DNA of 64,000 nt from Verrucomicrobiales bacterium. Lineage in GTDB: Bacteria; Verrucomicrobiota; Verrucomicrobiia; Verrucomicrobiales; V1-33. Positions 38,601 to 48,149 of the stretch are shown here, piece after piece. The translations under genes were made by a program, and so were the position numbers. How positions within the stretch are numbered: the stretch's first letter is position 1; each line of letters starts with the position of its first letter. The notes beneath the pieces were generated by a model, which was not told where the DNA came from, did no database searches, and was given only the letters and a program-made list of their open reading frames with translations. Location: positions 97,017 through 161,016 of the forward strand of contig CBDDIW010000002.1 of assembly GCA_965229245.1 (NCBI GenBank), given 5' to 3'.

Positions 38601-39430
38601 TCGTCCCGATGCAGCCGAGCAATCTGCCCTGGGAATTCCTTGGCCACTTCCCGCCGGCCATGGCCCTCAATCCCGCGGCCCCGGATAACCTCACTCCTCT
38701 TGACCCTCCAGGAGGCCTTGACCTCTGGCCGAACCAGCCTCTCGCTCCCACCTGGGTTCCCTGGCAGTTCTCGCTGCCTGAATCCGGTCCTCAGGGAGGG
38801 CTCACCAGCCAACCCGCGTGGGGCCCTAACCTAACGCCGGTGGAGGAGTCTGCGGATCACACATTCATCGTGGTCCGGGATCCGGCAAACACTAACGCCC
38901 AGACGAACTTCATCCACCTTCGGCTCGACCGCGCGCTTGGTAAGCTCGAGATCATTCCGTTTAACAAAGGCCTCTACAAAGTGAGCGTTTTCGCTGAAAG
39001 CCTCATCGGGATGAGCGCACCCAAAGTGGTGGAAATCAAAGTCGCAACGCCAGGATATTCCCAGTGGACCGCTCTTTACTGGTCCGGGGCGGATCTCCAG
39101 AATCCGGAGATCACCGGCTTTGACAAAGACCCGGATGGGGATGGCATCCCCAATGGCTTGGAATTTGCCATGGGATTCAATCCCACGGTGGTCGATGCCG
39201 CGGTTCCTGCCTCCCGGGTGGAAGGAAATGAGATCGTTTTCACCTTCCGTAAAGATGTCGCGGCGAGCGGCACGCTCACGGCGGGTGTCGTCTTCGAAAA
39301 TTCGGATGATCTCTCCGAATGGACGGCCATCGCCCCCACGATTCTCGCGGAGGCAAATGGCATCCAGGATCTGGAAGTAAGGGTGCCACTCACAGGCAAC
39401 CGGCGCTTCTACCGGTTGAAAGCCTACTGA
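35690..39430 (+). CDS. Secreted subtilisin/kexin-like S8 protease with proprotein-convertase P domain
   Basis: IIDDG, HGT, SAGNGG, FTGTSAS, LSARDV..IL, FGAGLVDA; P domain LEEVEV...H.RRGDL.I.L...WTFTTLRHWG. Start is 35678 or 35690. Confidence 0.92.
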   Translation: MKTPSLLFSLPFLLTVLAAQAGEVTATRSEETRSGGAGNASTVSASTTQTSAGNASGLPGQLFFPSPEEEASTASLSPESIAASKARAASFKAPEIPVPGPLTRVRYRGKYHMVDISTDELHVRGRKGKQAVAKVSGVRDAASLDLESARMEKATGVNVDLIAYPPGRPKTDANKMLLTKRVVVRLAQGVTHSVFAATTGALRAQRMPFAKEALVLSYPTTMAAAAAVEELRARPGVLDAELVIATLRSPEFVPTDAYFSPGGGAPANNPTPLTDNVNTFVMTNNPSNGYQWWADNKPTLVGPLNSVAARIDLGDYPPIGYAAGFPLLNGEQADIRLPLAWENISTRFNSAVSGRGIRVLIIDDGIDGTHPDLQQALDLVTTRHRNFFSGTNSPAPEDLANDSHGTSLAGIVGARIKLSQGMAGIAPLSTLQSAVAIRNFVDELDWAQAFTLGSTLVDSDADNDYLDEKRGGANNMFYEVCLNASSESGSRDATDLVPETWYWRRAIQFGATKGRAFKGVVYVASAGNGGDGHNDTNYMEIKNSIFQITVGSCSELGRRIARSNPGCNVVCVAPSWGDELPPLLNWSGSPGGSFGNRPIKVNPPLGPDNLPSDWRRVTQGITTLRTNKGYTAGFTGTSASAGMVAGIAALMLEKNPDLSARDVKEILLRSGRVNNDVRVTYDGKVWPTQWRMGSLGRPLHPVFGAGLVDANKALKIAEDWPGLPPNPLPPLDLDVEVDGFGKTTAMRNTETGGLYLPLITNRLIPLDGTPVVLEIQPPPSGMRLEEVEVRVQLYHARRGDLEIKLVAPGEIGWEQGREMESVLYTPHRDDYTESKWSTEELLKHPTDWTFTTLRHWGSRPTKGTPWKLIIRDAVNQGATLTPTVNDPVYVPVGNPTDPVTQRITGVGVTYHGTFSKQEGIDPPVVKAGSFNLAPGTTLNKIQLVASGLGEKKGGGVLYPVINWDLFNTVDIVPMQPSNLPWEFLGHFPPAMALNPAAPDNLTPLDPPGGLDLWPNQPLAPTWVPWQFSLPESGPQGGLTSQPAWGPNLTPVEESADHTFIVVRDPANTNAQTNFIHLRLDRALGKLEIIPFNKGLYKVSVFAESLIGMSAPKVVEIKVATPGYSQWTALYWSGADLQNPEITGFDKDPDGDGIPNGLEFAMGFNPTVVDAAVPASRVEGNEIVFTFRKDVAASGTLTAGVVFENSDDLSEWTAIAPTILAEANGIQDLEVRVPLTGNRRFYRLKAY

Positions 39431-39466
39431 GTCCGGGACCGTCCTGCCAGTCCTTTTATTCCCGTC

Positions 39467-39506
39467 GCGCGGGTGCCGCTTCTAAAGCGGCACCCGCGCT
39501 TTATTT
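39467..39506 (+). terminator. Intrinsic terminator
   Basis: 15-bp stem gcgcgggtgccgctt/aagcggcacccgcgc followed by tttattt. Confidence 0.8.
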
Positions 39507-39632
39507 CCAGCCAGCGCCTTTCGAGTTTTCCGCGACCAGTGAAATTCCGGGGGAGGGATTGATTGCAATTTGACCCGGCCCCCGTTTAATCCCGCCAGCC
39601 CTGCGGGGTCCCCTGTCCTCTCCCGAACCCCC

Positions 39633-42017
39633 ATGAAGAAACTGCCCCATCTCTGCCTGCTTGTTTCGCTGCTTTCCGGCGGAGTGGGAGCCCAGACGAC
39701 GGAAACCCTGGAGCCCCTTCTTCCTCCCCAGCCGGCTCTACCCCCACAGCCTCCCCTGCCCCGGGAAGGCCCTCCCGCTGCCTTCCCCCCTTCCAGCTCG
39801 CTCCTCCCGGAAACGGCCCCGCGCCCGGTCCCTTCCCTCCCGCCCGCGCCGCGCGAACCTTCCCAACTGGATCTCATCCGGGAAAAACTGGATACCATCA
39901 CCAATTTACGGATCGACCTGAACGACTTCTCCCTCACGAAAGAGGGTGGCGTCATCAAGCCCCGGAACGGGATGCTTCACTTCGAGTCCGATGGCATGGA
40001 GGTTTTCGCCGGCCGGGCGGAGTACCTCTCCGCCACGGAACAACTCCGCTTCCTGGGCGGGGTCTCCATCTTCCGGGATGGCGTCATCTATCGCGGCGAG
40101 AGTGCCCTCTACAGCATTGCCTCGAAGCAGTTGGACGCCACCAACATGCGCACCAGCATCGAGCCGCTCTTTTTCAGGTCCGCCAGCCTTCACTCCACTG
40201 GCAGCGGCAGCGAGATTTCCGCTATCGAACTGGACTCCCCGGAATTCACCACGGAGGACAGCGACAACCCCACTTTCCGCATTACTTCCGACCACGTCAG
40301 CCTCTATCCTGAGGACCGTGTAGTCTTCGATAAGTTCAAGGTCCTAGCCGGCGACAAGCCGATCTTCTACCTCCCCAGCGTCTCGCAACCCCTGGATGGC
40401 GAACTGGCCTACACCGCCATGCCCGGCTACCGGAACAACCTGGGAGCCTACCTGCTGAATCAGTATAACGCTACTCTGGGCGACCACAGCCTCATCAAAT
40501 ACCGGCTCGATCTTTATTCCCAGCGTGGGGTGGGAGCCGGGTTCGATTTGGAGTCGCGCCGTTACAGCCGGGACTCGGAATTCGGGAAGTTCAAGTTCTA
40601 CTGGCTCTACGACACCGATCCGCAAACCAGCAATTCCTTCTCCTCCGCCTCCCGGGACGATGTGGAGAAGTCCCGCTACCGCATAAATCTCCAGCACCGC
40701 ATCTACCTTCCCGGTCCGGAACAGGGAGACCTGTATGTGGACGTGGACGTGAACAAGATCAGCGACGCCTTCGTTTACGAGGACTTCTTCCAGAACGACC
40801 TCCGCGACAAACCGCAGCCGGACAATTTTGTGAACCTCGTCAAACGCGGCGAGCGCGGTGAGATCAGCCTCACCACCCGCTTCCACGCCAACGACTTTTA
40901 CGAGTCCGACACCCGCCTCCCGGAACTGGCGATCGACCGGGTGATCCAGCCGCTCTGGAACACAAAACTTTTCTACGCCGGGCAGACGAGCATCGGCGTG
41001 CTGAAGGAGCGCTACCACGATGACGTGCCGGGCATCGAGCCTGCCTTCACTCGCTCCTACTCATGGAATGAGCTGTATTATCCCCTCTCATTCAAGGACG
41101 GGGCCATCACTCTCATTCCCCGGGCGGGCGCGGGCTATGCCAGCTACTCCGGCATCGCGGGACCGGACCCGGACGATACCAGCCGCTTCATCTTCACTGC
41201 CGGGCTCGACGCCTCCGCGAAGTTCTCCCGCGTGTATGACGACATCGTTATTCCCTCGCTGGGTCTCGACGGGCTGCGCCACATCGTGCAGCCGTATGTG
41301 AACTGGTCCTATGTCAGCGCGGACGAGATTGGCGCTCCCTTCAAGGGCATCGACATTCTGGTGCCCTCCACGCGCCCCCGCCCGCTGGATCTGACGAATT
41401 ATTCCGCCATCGATGACCTCCGGGACTGGAACATTGTGCGTATCGGTGTCTCCAACCGCCTGCAGACCAGGCGCAACCGCACCACTTACAACTGGCTCAC
41501 GGCCAATACCTACATCGACGCCTTCATCGATGACCCGGAATACCACCGGGACTTCTCCAACCTCTACCAGGATGTGGAATGGCGGCCCGTCCCCTGGGGC
41601 AAGCTCAGTGTGGGTATGCAGCTTCCCATCAGCGATTCCGATGGAAACTTCCGGGAGTTCAACACCCGCGCCACCTTCATGCCCACGGATTCCCTGGAGC
41701 TTACGGTCGGCCACCGGATGCTGAGCAACCACCCCGTGTTTCAGGACAGCAGTCTTGTGGATTTCGGAGCCTACGCCCGCGTGAACGACCGCTGGGGCTT
41801 CAGCATTTACGAGCGCTACGAGTTCGACGACAACACCCTCGAAACCCAGCAATACAGCATCCACCACGACCTCACCAGCTGGGTGGCCAGCCTGGGAGCC
41901 ATCATCCGGGACAACCGGGGCCAGGATGAGTGGGGCCTGCTCTTTTCCCTCACCCTGAAAGACCTCCCCGGTGTCCGTCTCCCCGTGGACTTCGACCCCC
42001 AGGGAGGGCGGAGGTAA
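39633..42017 (+). CDS. lptD: LPS-assembly outer-membrane beta-barrel protein
   Basis: Signal peptide, OstA-like N domain (FTT.D...P.F.I...), PIFYLP, RLPEL, LRHIVQP, GVSNRLQTRR, amphipathic beta strands. Confidence 0.8.
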   Translation: MKKLPHLCLLVSLLSGGVGAQTTETLEPLLPPQPALPPQPPLPREGPPAAFPPSSSLLPETAPRPVPSLPPAPREPSQLDLIREKLDTITNLRIDLNDFSLTKEGGVIKPRNGMLHFESDGMEVFAGRAEYLSATEQLRFLGGVSIFRDGVIYRGESALYSIASKQLDATNMRTSIEPLFFRSASLHSTGSGSEISAIELDSPEFTTEDSDNPTFRITSDHVSLYPEDRVVFDKFKVLAGDKPIFYLPSVSQPLDGELAYTAMPGYRNNLGAYLLNQYNATLGDHSLIKYRLDLYSQRGVGAGFDLESRRYSRDSEFGKFKFYWLYDTDPQTSNSFSSASRDDVEKSRYRINLQHRIYLPGPEQGDLYVDVDVNKISDAFVYEDFFQNDLRDKPQPDNFVNLVKRGERGEISLTTRFHANDFYESDTRLPELAIDRVIQPLWNTKLFYAGQTSIGVLKERYHDDVPGIEPAFTRSYSWNELYYPLSFKDGAITLIPRAGAGYASYSGIAGPDPDDTSRFIFTAGLDASAKFSRVYDDIVIPSLGLDGLRHIVQPYVNWSYVSADEIGAPFKGIDILVPSTRPRPLDLTNYSAIDDLRDWNIVRIGVSNRLQTRRNRTTYNWLTANTYIDAFIDDPEYHRDFSNLYQDVEWRPVPWGKLSVGMQLPISDSDGNFREFNTRATFMPTDSLELTVGHRMLSNHPVFQDSSLVDFGAYARVNDRWGFSIYERYEFDDNTLETQQYSIHHDLTSWVASLGAIIRDNRGQDEWGLLFSLTLKDLPGVRLPVDFDPQGGRR

Positions 42018-42045
42018 AGGCCGGCACAGCGGATTCCCGACTTCC

Positions 42046-43344
42046 ATGCGAGCTTACATCATCCGGCGTTTGTTGCTGATCCCCCTCACCCTGGCGGGCA
42101 TCACCTTCATCGTCTTCTCCATCACCCGGTTTCTTCCCGGCGGTCCATTGGAGGAGGCCATCCAGCAGGCCACCATGGCGGAGCACGGGCGCGGTGCCCG
42201 GGGAGCCACCGGCGCTCTCAGCAAGGAACAACTGGAGCAGATGCGCATGAGCTTCGGTATGAACGAAGCCGTGGTTCCCGGCTATCTCATGTGGGTGGGC
42301 CTTATCAAACGGGAGTACAATCCCCGCTTCGTCACCCTCGAAGAGGAGGGTGGTGATGCCATGGTCCTGCTGAATGCCCTGGACGCCTCTGGCAGAGCCT
42401 ACTCCCTGAAAGCCTTTGTCAAAGGCCGCGAAGGAAAGCCTCTTTCCCTGGTCCTGGAAGGAGGCGGCACGCCGGAAGGCTGGGAAGTCCGCTACGGGCG
42501 CAACGTGCCCTCCGGCCCGAAGGATAATACCCCGGATTTCAAAAAGGACGACTTTTCCCGGGTGGTGGTGTTTCAGAAAAAGTTTGCCGGCCTTGTTCAG
42601 GGAGATCTCCAGGAATCTCTGATGTATGGAGATCCCGTGGGGGAGGTGATCCGAGACCGGATACCGGTGTCGCTGTTTTTCGGCCTGCTCACGGCTATTC
42701 TCACCTATGCCATCAGCATTCCCCTGGGGATTCTGAAGGCGATCAAGCACCGGACCTGGGTCGACAACTGGTCCTCGGTGTTGCTCTTCGTGGGCTATTC
42801 CATCCCCGGCTTCGCCCTCGGGAGTGTAATGCTTCTTTGGTTCGCTTTTCAGCGCGACTGGTTTCCCATCAGTGGCTTTGTCAGCACGAACTTCGATGAA
42901 CTGGACACCTTCGGCAAGGTGAAGGACATCCTCCACCACACCGTGCTCCCCCTTATTTGCTATACCGTAAGCGGCTTCGCCCTGAGCACCATGATGATGA
43001 AGAACACCATCATGGACGTGCTGGCATCCGACTTCATCCGCACCGCCGTCGCCAAGGGAGCGTCCTTCCGCCAAGCCATTGTGGGGCATGCCCTGCGGAA
43101 TTCGCTCATCCCCATCGCCGCCACCTTCGGGCAACTTCTGGGCACGCTGGTTTCGGGGTCGTTCCTGATCGAGTCGGTCTTCGACATCAACGGGGCCGGC
43201 CAACTGGGTTTCGTGGCGGCCACGCACTCCGATTACAATGTAATGATGGGCGTGCTGTTTCTCTCCTCCACCGTTCTGATGATAGGGAACATCCTTTCGG
43301 ACATCTTGATCGCGCTGATCAATCCGCGCATTCGTTTCGAGTAG
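42046..43344 (+). CDS. Peptide ABC transporter permease (YejB/OppB-like)
   Basis: YIIRRLLLIP.TL, PGGP.E, IPLGI.KA, RTAVAKG, HALRNSLIP. Confidence 0.92.
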   Translation: MRAYIIRRLLLIPLTLAGITFIVFSITRFLPGGPLEEAIQQATMAEHGRGARGATGALSKEQLEQMRMSFGMNEAVVPGYLMWVGLIKREYNPRFVTLEEEGGDAMVLLNALDASGRAYSLKAFVKGREGKPLSLVLEGGGTPEGWEVRYGRNVPSGPKDNTPDFKKDDFSRVVVFQKKFAGLVQGDLQESLMYGDPVGEVIRDRIPVSLFFGLLTAILTYAISIPLGILKAIKHRTWVDNWSSVLLFVGYSIPGFALGSVMLLWFAFQRDWFPISGFVSTNFDELDTFGKVKDILHHTVLPLICYTVSGFALSTMMMKNTIMDVLASDFIRTAVAKGASFRQAIVGHALRNSLIPIAATFGQLLGTLVSGSFLIESVFDINGAGQLGFVAATHSDYNVMMGVLFLSSTVLMIGNILSDILIALINPRIRFE

Positions 43345-43350
43345 CAGGGT

Positions 43351-44862
43351 ATGAAAAAGACCGGTATCACGCTCATCGTTCTCGCCCTGCTTTCCTGGGT
43401 TTGCATCCTCCTGCACTGGAATGTGCCGGTGCTGAAGCTTTTTGGTCTCGCGGGGGAAACAGCAGGGCACATCCTCCGTTCCCTCGCCGTTCTGATGGGC
43501 ACCTGGCTGCTCCTCCGGAAACCGAAACCAGCAAATCCCCTGACCGTGAAACGATGGAAGCGGTTCCGCTCCATCCGCCGGGGTTACATCTCCTTCATCA
43601 TCCTCGGGATTCTCTCCGGGATCGCCCTGCTGGACTCCGTCGTGGTGGGGAAGCGCGCGCTGTGCGTGCGCCACGAAGGGCAATGGTATTTCCCATTCCT
43701 CATGGAGCAGCCGATCAAGGGCTCCACCTTTGGCCTTTCTTACGAATCGGAGGCTGACTACCGGGAACTCCAGCGCCTCGCGAAGGCAAACGATAACGGG
43801 GACTTCGTGCTCCTCCCACTGGTCCCTTACGACGCGAAGCTGGACACTCCACAGCAGTGGCAAACCATCACGAAGAACGCGGACGGCAAATTTTTCGATT
43901 CCGAAACCGGGCGGCCTTTCACCGGCATCATCAGCAGCTTTTACAAGGACCGCCCGGAGGTCCGGTGCCACGAACACCGCGTGCGCGCGGGCATTTTTGA
44001 CGGCCCTTCCTCTCTCTACGACAAGACCGGCTCCCTTGTGGAAAAAGTGGAGTATCGCGCGGGAAAGGAAATCTCCCGCAAACAATTGCTGCAGGTGGAC
44101 GTGGCGGCCCTCACCGCCACGGAGACTCCGGAGTTTCGCCAGTTGGTCTTTCCCCCCGCGGCTCCCTCGTGGAACCAGGAGTCACGCCATTTTCTGGGCA
44201 CGGATTCCAGCGGCGCGGATATCGCCGCGCAGTTGTTCGCGGGATTCCAGCTGCAAATGATCGCGGCTCTGTTTTACTGTATTTTTGTCTTCGGCATAGG
44301 TATCACGGCGGGTTGCACGATGGGCTACTTCGGTGGGAAATTTGACCTTGTGGGTCAGCGGCTGGTGGAGATCTGGAGCAGCCTGCCCTTCATCTATGTG
44401 GTCATCATGGTGCGCAGTGTCGTCGCTCCGGAAATCCACATCCTGGTGGCGGTGCTGGCGCTCTTTAGCTGGATGGATCTCACCTATTACATGCGGGGCG
44501 GCACCTACGCGGAAAAAGCGCGGGACTATGTGTCGGCGGCGCGGCTTATCGGAGCCTCCACTCCCCGGGTGATCTTCAAGCACATCGTCCCGAACGTGCT
44601 TTCCACGCTCGTCACGAAACTGCCCTTCGTGGTGGAGGCGCTTATCTTCGCACTCACGGCGCTGGACTTCCTCGGTTTCGGCCTGGCCCCAGGGTCGCCC
44701 AGTTGGGGGTCTCTCCTGAAAGATGGCACGGGCAACATGCAGGCTCCCTGGATTCTCAGCAGTGCTTTCACCGCCATCGCCCTGCTTCTGGTGCTCATCA
44801 CCTTTGTGGGAGAAGCCGTGCGTGAAGCCTTCGATCCCAAAAAATTCACGACCTATCAGTAG
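43351..44862 (+). CDS. Peptide ABC transporter permease (YejE/OppC-like) with a periplasmic insertion
   Basis: RWKRFRS.RRGY.S, HFLGTD, GYFGGKFDL..QR..EIW, DYV.AAR..GA, GEAVREAFDP. Confidence 0.92.
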   Translation: MKKTGITLIVLALLSWVCILLHWNVPVLKLFGLAGETAGHILRSLAVLMGTWLLLRKPKPANPLTVKRWKRFRSIRRGYISFIILGILSGIALLDSVVVGKRALCVRHEGQWYFPFLMEQPIKGSTFGLSYESEADYRELQRLAKANDNGDFVLLPLVPYDAKLDTPQQWQTITKNADGKFFDSETGRPFTGIISSFYKDRPEVRCHEHRVRAGIFDGPSSLYDKTGSLVEKVEYRAGKEISRKQLLQVDVAALTATETPEFRQLVFPPAAPSWNQESRHFLGTDSSGADIAAQLFAGFQLQMIAALFYCIFVFGIGITAGCTMGYFGGKFDLVGQRLVEIWSSLPFIYVVIMVRSVVAPEIHILVAVLALFSWMDLTYYMRGGTYAEKARDYVSAARLIGASTPRVIFKHIVPNVLSTLVTKLPFVVEALIFALTALDFLGFGLAPGSPSWGSLLKDGTGNMQAPWILSSAFTAIALLLVLITFVGEAVREAFDPKKFTTYQ

Positions 44863-44872
44863 GATTGCCGCG

Positions 44873-46837
44873 ATGTCCTCCGCCTCCCCCAGCCATCCCC
44901 TTCGCCGCCGGGCTCTTCTGTTCGCGGCGGCTCTCGGCCTTCTTCTGAACGGATGCTCGCGCGACCGCTCGGAGAAATATCCGCCTTATGACAACACGGA
45001 CGAGGTCAAAGCCTACTACGACTCCCGCCCGGACTTCTTCAAAACAGCGGACATCTCCACGCTTCCCGCTAATCTGAAGTGGGAAAACGGGATGGATGAG
45101 CCGGAACTCGGCAGCCCACAGGCAAAAAAGGGGGGCACGCTCCACTGGTTTTCCGTCGAGTTTCCCTCCTGCATCCGGCATCTTGGCCCTAACGGGAACA
45201 ACTCTTTCCGGTCCTATCACTTCGACGACATCAAACTCCTGAGCGTGATGCTCCATCCGAACACCGCGAAGTGGATTCCCGGGGTTTGCCGGGAATGGGC
45301 CGCCTCGGAGGATCACCGGACTGTCTATTTCAAGATTGATCCGGAGGCCCGCTTCAACACCGGGAACCCGGTCCGCACGGCGGACTTCAAGTTCTGCTTC
45401 TACATCTGTCTGTCCCCTTACGTTCAGGATCCCTACCGGAAAAACCAATATTCCACGAAATACTTTACGTCCTTTACGACCTACGACGACCTCACTTTCG
45501 CAGTCACGCTGGCTCAGCCAAAGGCGGATCCGGTTTACGATGCCCGCAACGTGGAGCCGTTCGACCACGTTGCCTATAAGGACTTCGGACCCGACTTCCC
45601 CAGCCGCTATCAGTGGATTATGGACCCCACCACGGGAGCCTTCGAAATCCGCCCCGAGGACATTACCAAAGGTAGCCGGATTCTCCAGCGCCGGGTGAAA
45701 GACTGGTGGGCCAAAGACCGGAAATTCTACCGCTACCGCTTTAACCCGAACGCCATCGAATATCAGGTCATTAACAACCCGGAAAAAGGATTCGAGGCCT
45801 GCAAGGCGGGGAAACTGGATCTCTATCACACCTACCTGGATACGCAGCCGGAGATCTGGCAGCAGAAAATAGAGTCTCCGCCCTATCACAATGGCTGGCT
45901 GGAAAAAGCGGAGTTTTACAACGACTTTCCGCTCAGCCGCGGGCTGTCCCTTAACACCGCCCGGCCACCGCTGGACAATCTGGACTTCCGGATCGGCTTT
46001 CAGCATGCGATGAACATTGACAAGGTCATCGAAGTGGAACTGAAGGGTGATGCCGAGCGGCTGAATGTCTATTCCGCAAGTTATGGCCGGTATGAGAACA
46101 CCGAGATCCGTGCCCGGGAGTTTTCCCCGGCAAAAGCGATCGCCGCCTTTGCGAAGGCTGGCTATACCGAACGCGGGCAGGACAGTGTGTTTCACAAACC
46201 GGGCAATCCCACTGAGCGGGCCAGCGTCGCACTCACCATTCGGGAGCGGCCCAATGAACGCCGCTACGCCCTGCGGTTGAAAGAGGAGGCGCTGAAGGCC
46301 GGCTTCGATCTCCAGATCGATGCCGTGGCAGGCAGCGCGATGTTCAAGAAGATCAGGGCAAAGGAGCATCAGGTCTGCCTCGGCGGCTGGGTCATGGACC
46401 CTCCCTACCCTTCTCCCTGGGAAGGATTCCATTCGGATAATGCCTACACCAAAAATCCGGACGGCAGCCGCGCGATCAAACCGGAGACGAACAACCTTAC
46501 CTCCACCGCTGACGCGGAGATGGATAAACTCATCGAGGCCTACGATAAAGCGGGCTCACTCGACGATCTGGAAAAGCTGAATCACCAGATCGAGCAGCGT
46601 ATCTACGATCTCGCCTGTTATGTGCCTGCCTGGGATACCCCCTTCCACCGCTGCATCTACTGGCGCTGGATCCGCTGGCCGGAGGACTACAATGTGCGGC
46701 TTTCCCTCTACCCTTCCCAGGCCCACGTCCTGTGGATCGATGAAGACATGCACCGCGAGACCATCGAGGCCATGCGCACCGGCAGGACCTTTCCCGAGGC
46801 CAGCCACCTCTTTGACAAATACCGCAAGAAGGACTGA
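44873..46837 (+). CDS. Family-5 peptide-binding lipoprotein (YejA-like)
   Basis: Lipobox LNGC; [25 protein letters not shown].....R. Confidence 0.88.
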   Translation: MSSASPSHPLRRRALLFAAALGLLLNGCSRDRSEKYPPYDNTDEVKAYYDSRPDFFKTADISTLPANLKWENGMDEPELGSPQAKKGGTLHWFSVEFPSCIRHLGPNGNNSFRSYHFDDIKLLSVMLHPNTAKWIPGVCREWAASEDHRTVYFKIDPEARFNTGNPVRTADFKFCFYICLSPYVQDPYRKNQYSTKYFTSFTTYDDLTFAVTLAQPKADPVYDARNVEPFDHVAYKDFGPDFPSRYQWIMDPTTGAFEIRPEDITKGSRILQRRVKDWWAKDRKFYRYRFNPNAIEYQVINNPEKGFEACKAGKLDLYHTYLDTQPEIWQQKIESPPYHNGWLEKAEFYNDFPLSRGLSLNTARPPLDNLDFRIGFQHAMNIDKVIEVELKGDAERLNVYSASYGRYENTEIRAREFSPAKAIAAFAKAGYTERGQDSVFHKPGNPTERASVALTIRERPNERRYALRLKEEALKAGFDLQIDAVAGSAMFKKIRAKEHQVCLGGWVMDPPYPSPWEGFHSDNAYTKNPDGSRAIKPETNNLTSTADAEMDKLIEAYDKAGSLDDLEKLNHQIEQRIYDLACYVPAWDTPFHRCIYWRWIRWPEDYNVRLSLYPSQAHVLWIDEDMHRETIEAMRTGRTFPEASHLFDKYRKKD

Positions 46838-46845
46838 CCCCGCCC

Positions 46846-47817
46846 ATGCTTCTCACCGTTCAAAATCTCCAGACTGCCTTTCAAACCGATGACGGCCTGA
46901 TGCGCGCGGTGGACGGCGTGACCTTCGAAGTCCCCGCCGGACGCACCGTGGGCCTGGTGGGGGAATCCGGCTGCGGTAAAAGTGTCACCGCGTTCTCCAT
47001 CAACCGGCTCCTCCCACAGCCCTCTGGACGCATCGTGGGCGGGCAGGTTCTGTTCGAAGGAAAGGACCTCGCCACACTCCCGCTGGAGGAAATGCGAAAG
47101 CTGCGGGGCCGGGACATCGGCATGGTGTTTCAGGAGCCCATGGCGGCGCTCAATCCCTGCCACCGTGTGGGAAAACAGGTGAGCGAAGTCTTCCGCCTTC
47201 ACACGGACTGTTCTAAACAGGAGGCGTGGGAGCGCAGCATAGACATCCTCCGGAAAGTCGGCATCCCCTCCCCTGAAATCCGGGCCGGGGAGTATCCCCA
47301 CCAATTAAGCGGCGGCATGCGGCAGCGCGTGGTGATCGCCATCGCCCTCGCGCTGCGGCCCAAACTGATCATCGCTGACGAGCCCACCACCGCGCTGGAT
47401 GTCACCGTGCAGGCGCAGATTCTCGATCTCATTCGCGGCATCCAGGATACCACGGGCACGGGTGTGCTGCTCATCACTCACGACCTGGGGGTCATCGCGG
47501 AGATGTGCCAGGAAGTGGTGGTCATGTATGCCGGGCGCATCGTGGAGCGGGCTAGCGCCTTGGAACTCTTCGCGAATCCCCGGCACGCCTACACCCGGGG
47601 ACTTTTGGCCAGCATCCCGCGCCTGGACAGCACGCCTGGAACCCACCTGCCGGTCATCGAGGGCATGGTTCCCTCTCTGGACAAAATGCCCCCGGGCTGC
47701 CGTTTCTGCCCGCGCAATACCAGTGCCCCGGGAGAGCCCCTCATCCATGAGCGTCCCCCGTATGTGGAAATCTCCCCCGGACACTGGGTGGAGCATTGTC
47801 CACGTTGCGTGGAATGA
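46846..47817 (+). CDS. Oligopeptide ABC transporter ATPase (OppD/DppD)
   Basis: [33 protein letters not shown]-like HAYT, GCRFCPR. Confidence 0.95.
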   Translation: MLLTVQNLQTAFQTDDGLMRAVDGVTFEVPAGRTVGLVGESGCGKSVTAFSINRLLPQPSGRIVGGQVLFEGKDLATLPLEEMRKLRGRDIGMVFQEPMAALNPCHRVGKQVSEVFRLHTDCSKQEAWERSIDILRKVGIPSPEIRAGEYPHQLSGGMRQRVVIAIALALRPKLIIADEPTTALDVTVQAQILDLIRGIQDTTGTGVLLITHDLGVIAEMCQEVVVMYAGRIVERASALELFANPRHAYTRGLLASIPRLDSTPGTHLPVIEGMVPSLDKMPPGCRFCPRNTSAPGEPLIHERPPYVEISPGHWVEHCPRCVE

Positions 47818-47825
47818 TAATTCTC

Positions 47826-47852
47826 TTGCATTCCTCAAATCCGGCGCATAAT
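47826..47852 (+). promoter_or_regulatory. Possible sigma70 promoter for tRNA-Tyr
   Basis: TTGCAT (47826-47831) and CATAAT (47847-47852). The 15-nt spacer is short. Confidence 0.3.
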
Positions 47853-47888
47853 CACAGAACGGTTCGCCTGTCGGGCGGAATACGTTAA

Positions 47889-47974
47889 GGGTAGGTACCG
47901 AAGTGGCCAAACGGGGCAGACTGTAAATCTGCTGGCTAACGCCTTCAATGGTTCGAATCCATTCCTGCCCACCA
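47889..47974 (+). tRNA. tRNA-Tyr(GTA)
   Basis: Acceptor stem GGGTAGG/CCTGCCC plus ACCA; anticodon arm GCAGA-CTGTAAA-TCTGC; long variable arm; T arm AATGG-TTCGAAT-CCATT. Confidence 0.97.
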
Positions 47975-48149
47975 ACGGCTGTCGCCGGTTGGAAAGTTGA
48001 GCGGCCTGCCTGAAGAAGAGGCCCGTGGTTTTCTTTCCCGTGAAAGCCTCCACTACCTTTACCGGATTCCAACAACAGACGGTATAAGGAACGGGCAAGC
48101 CGCTTAGGCTTGCGCATCGCGGGGGGACGCGTTACTCACCACGCTTCCC

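Noticed and set aside
47975-48149. T-box riboswitch or integrated element after tRNA-Tyr
   Set aside because: No T-box consensus, no integrase, and no duplicated tRNA 3' end seen.
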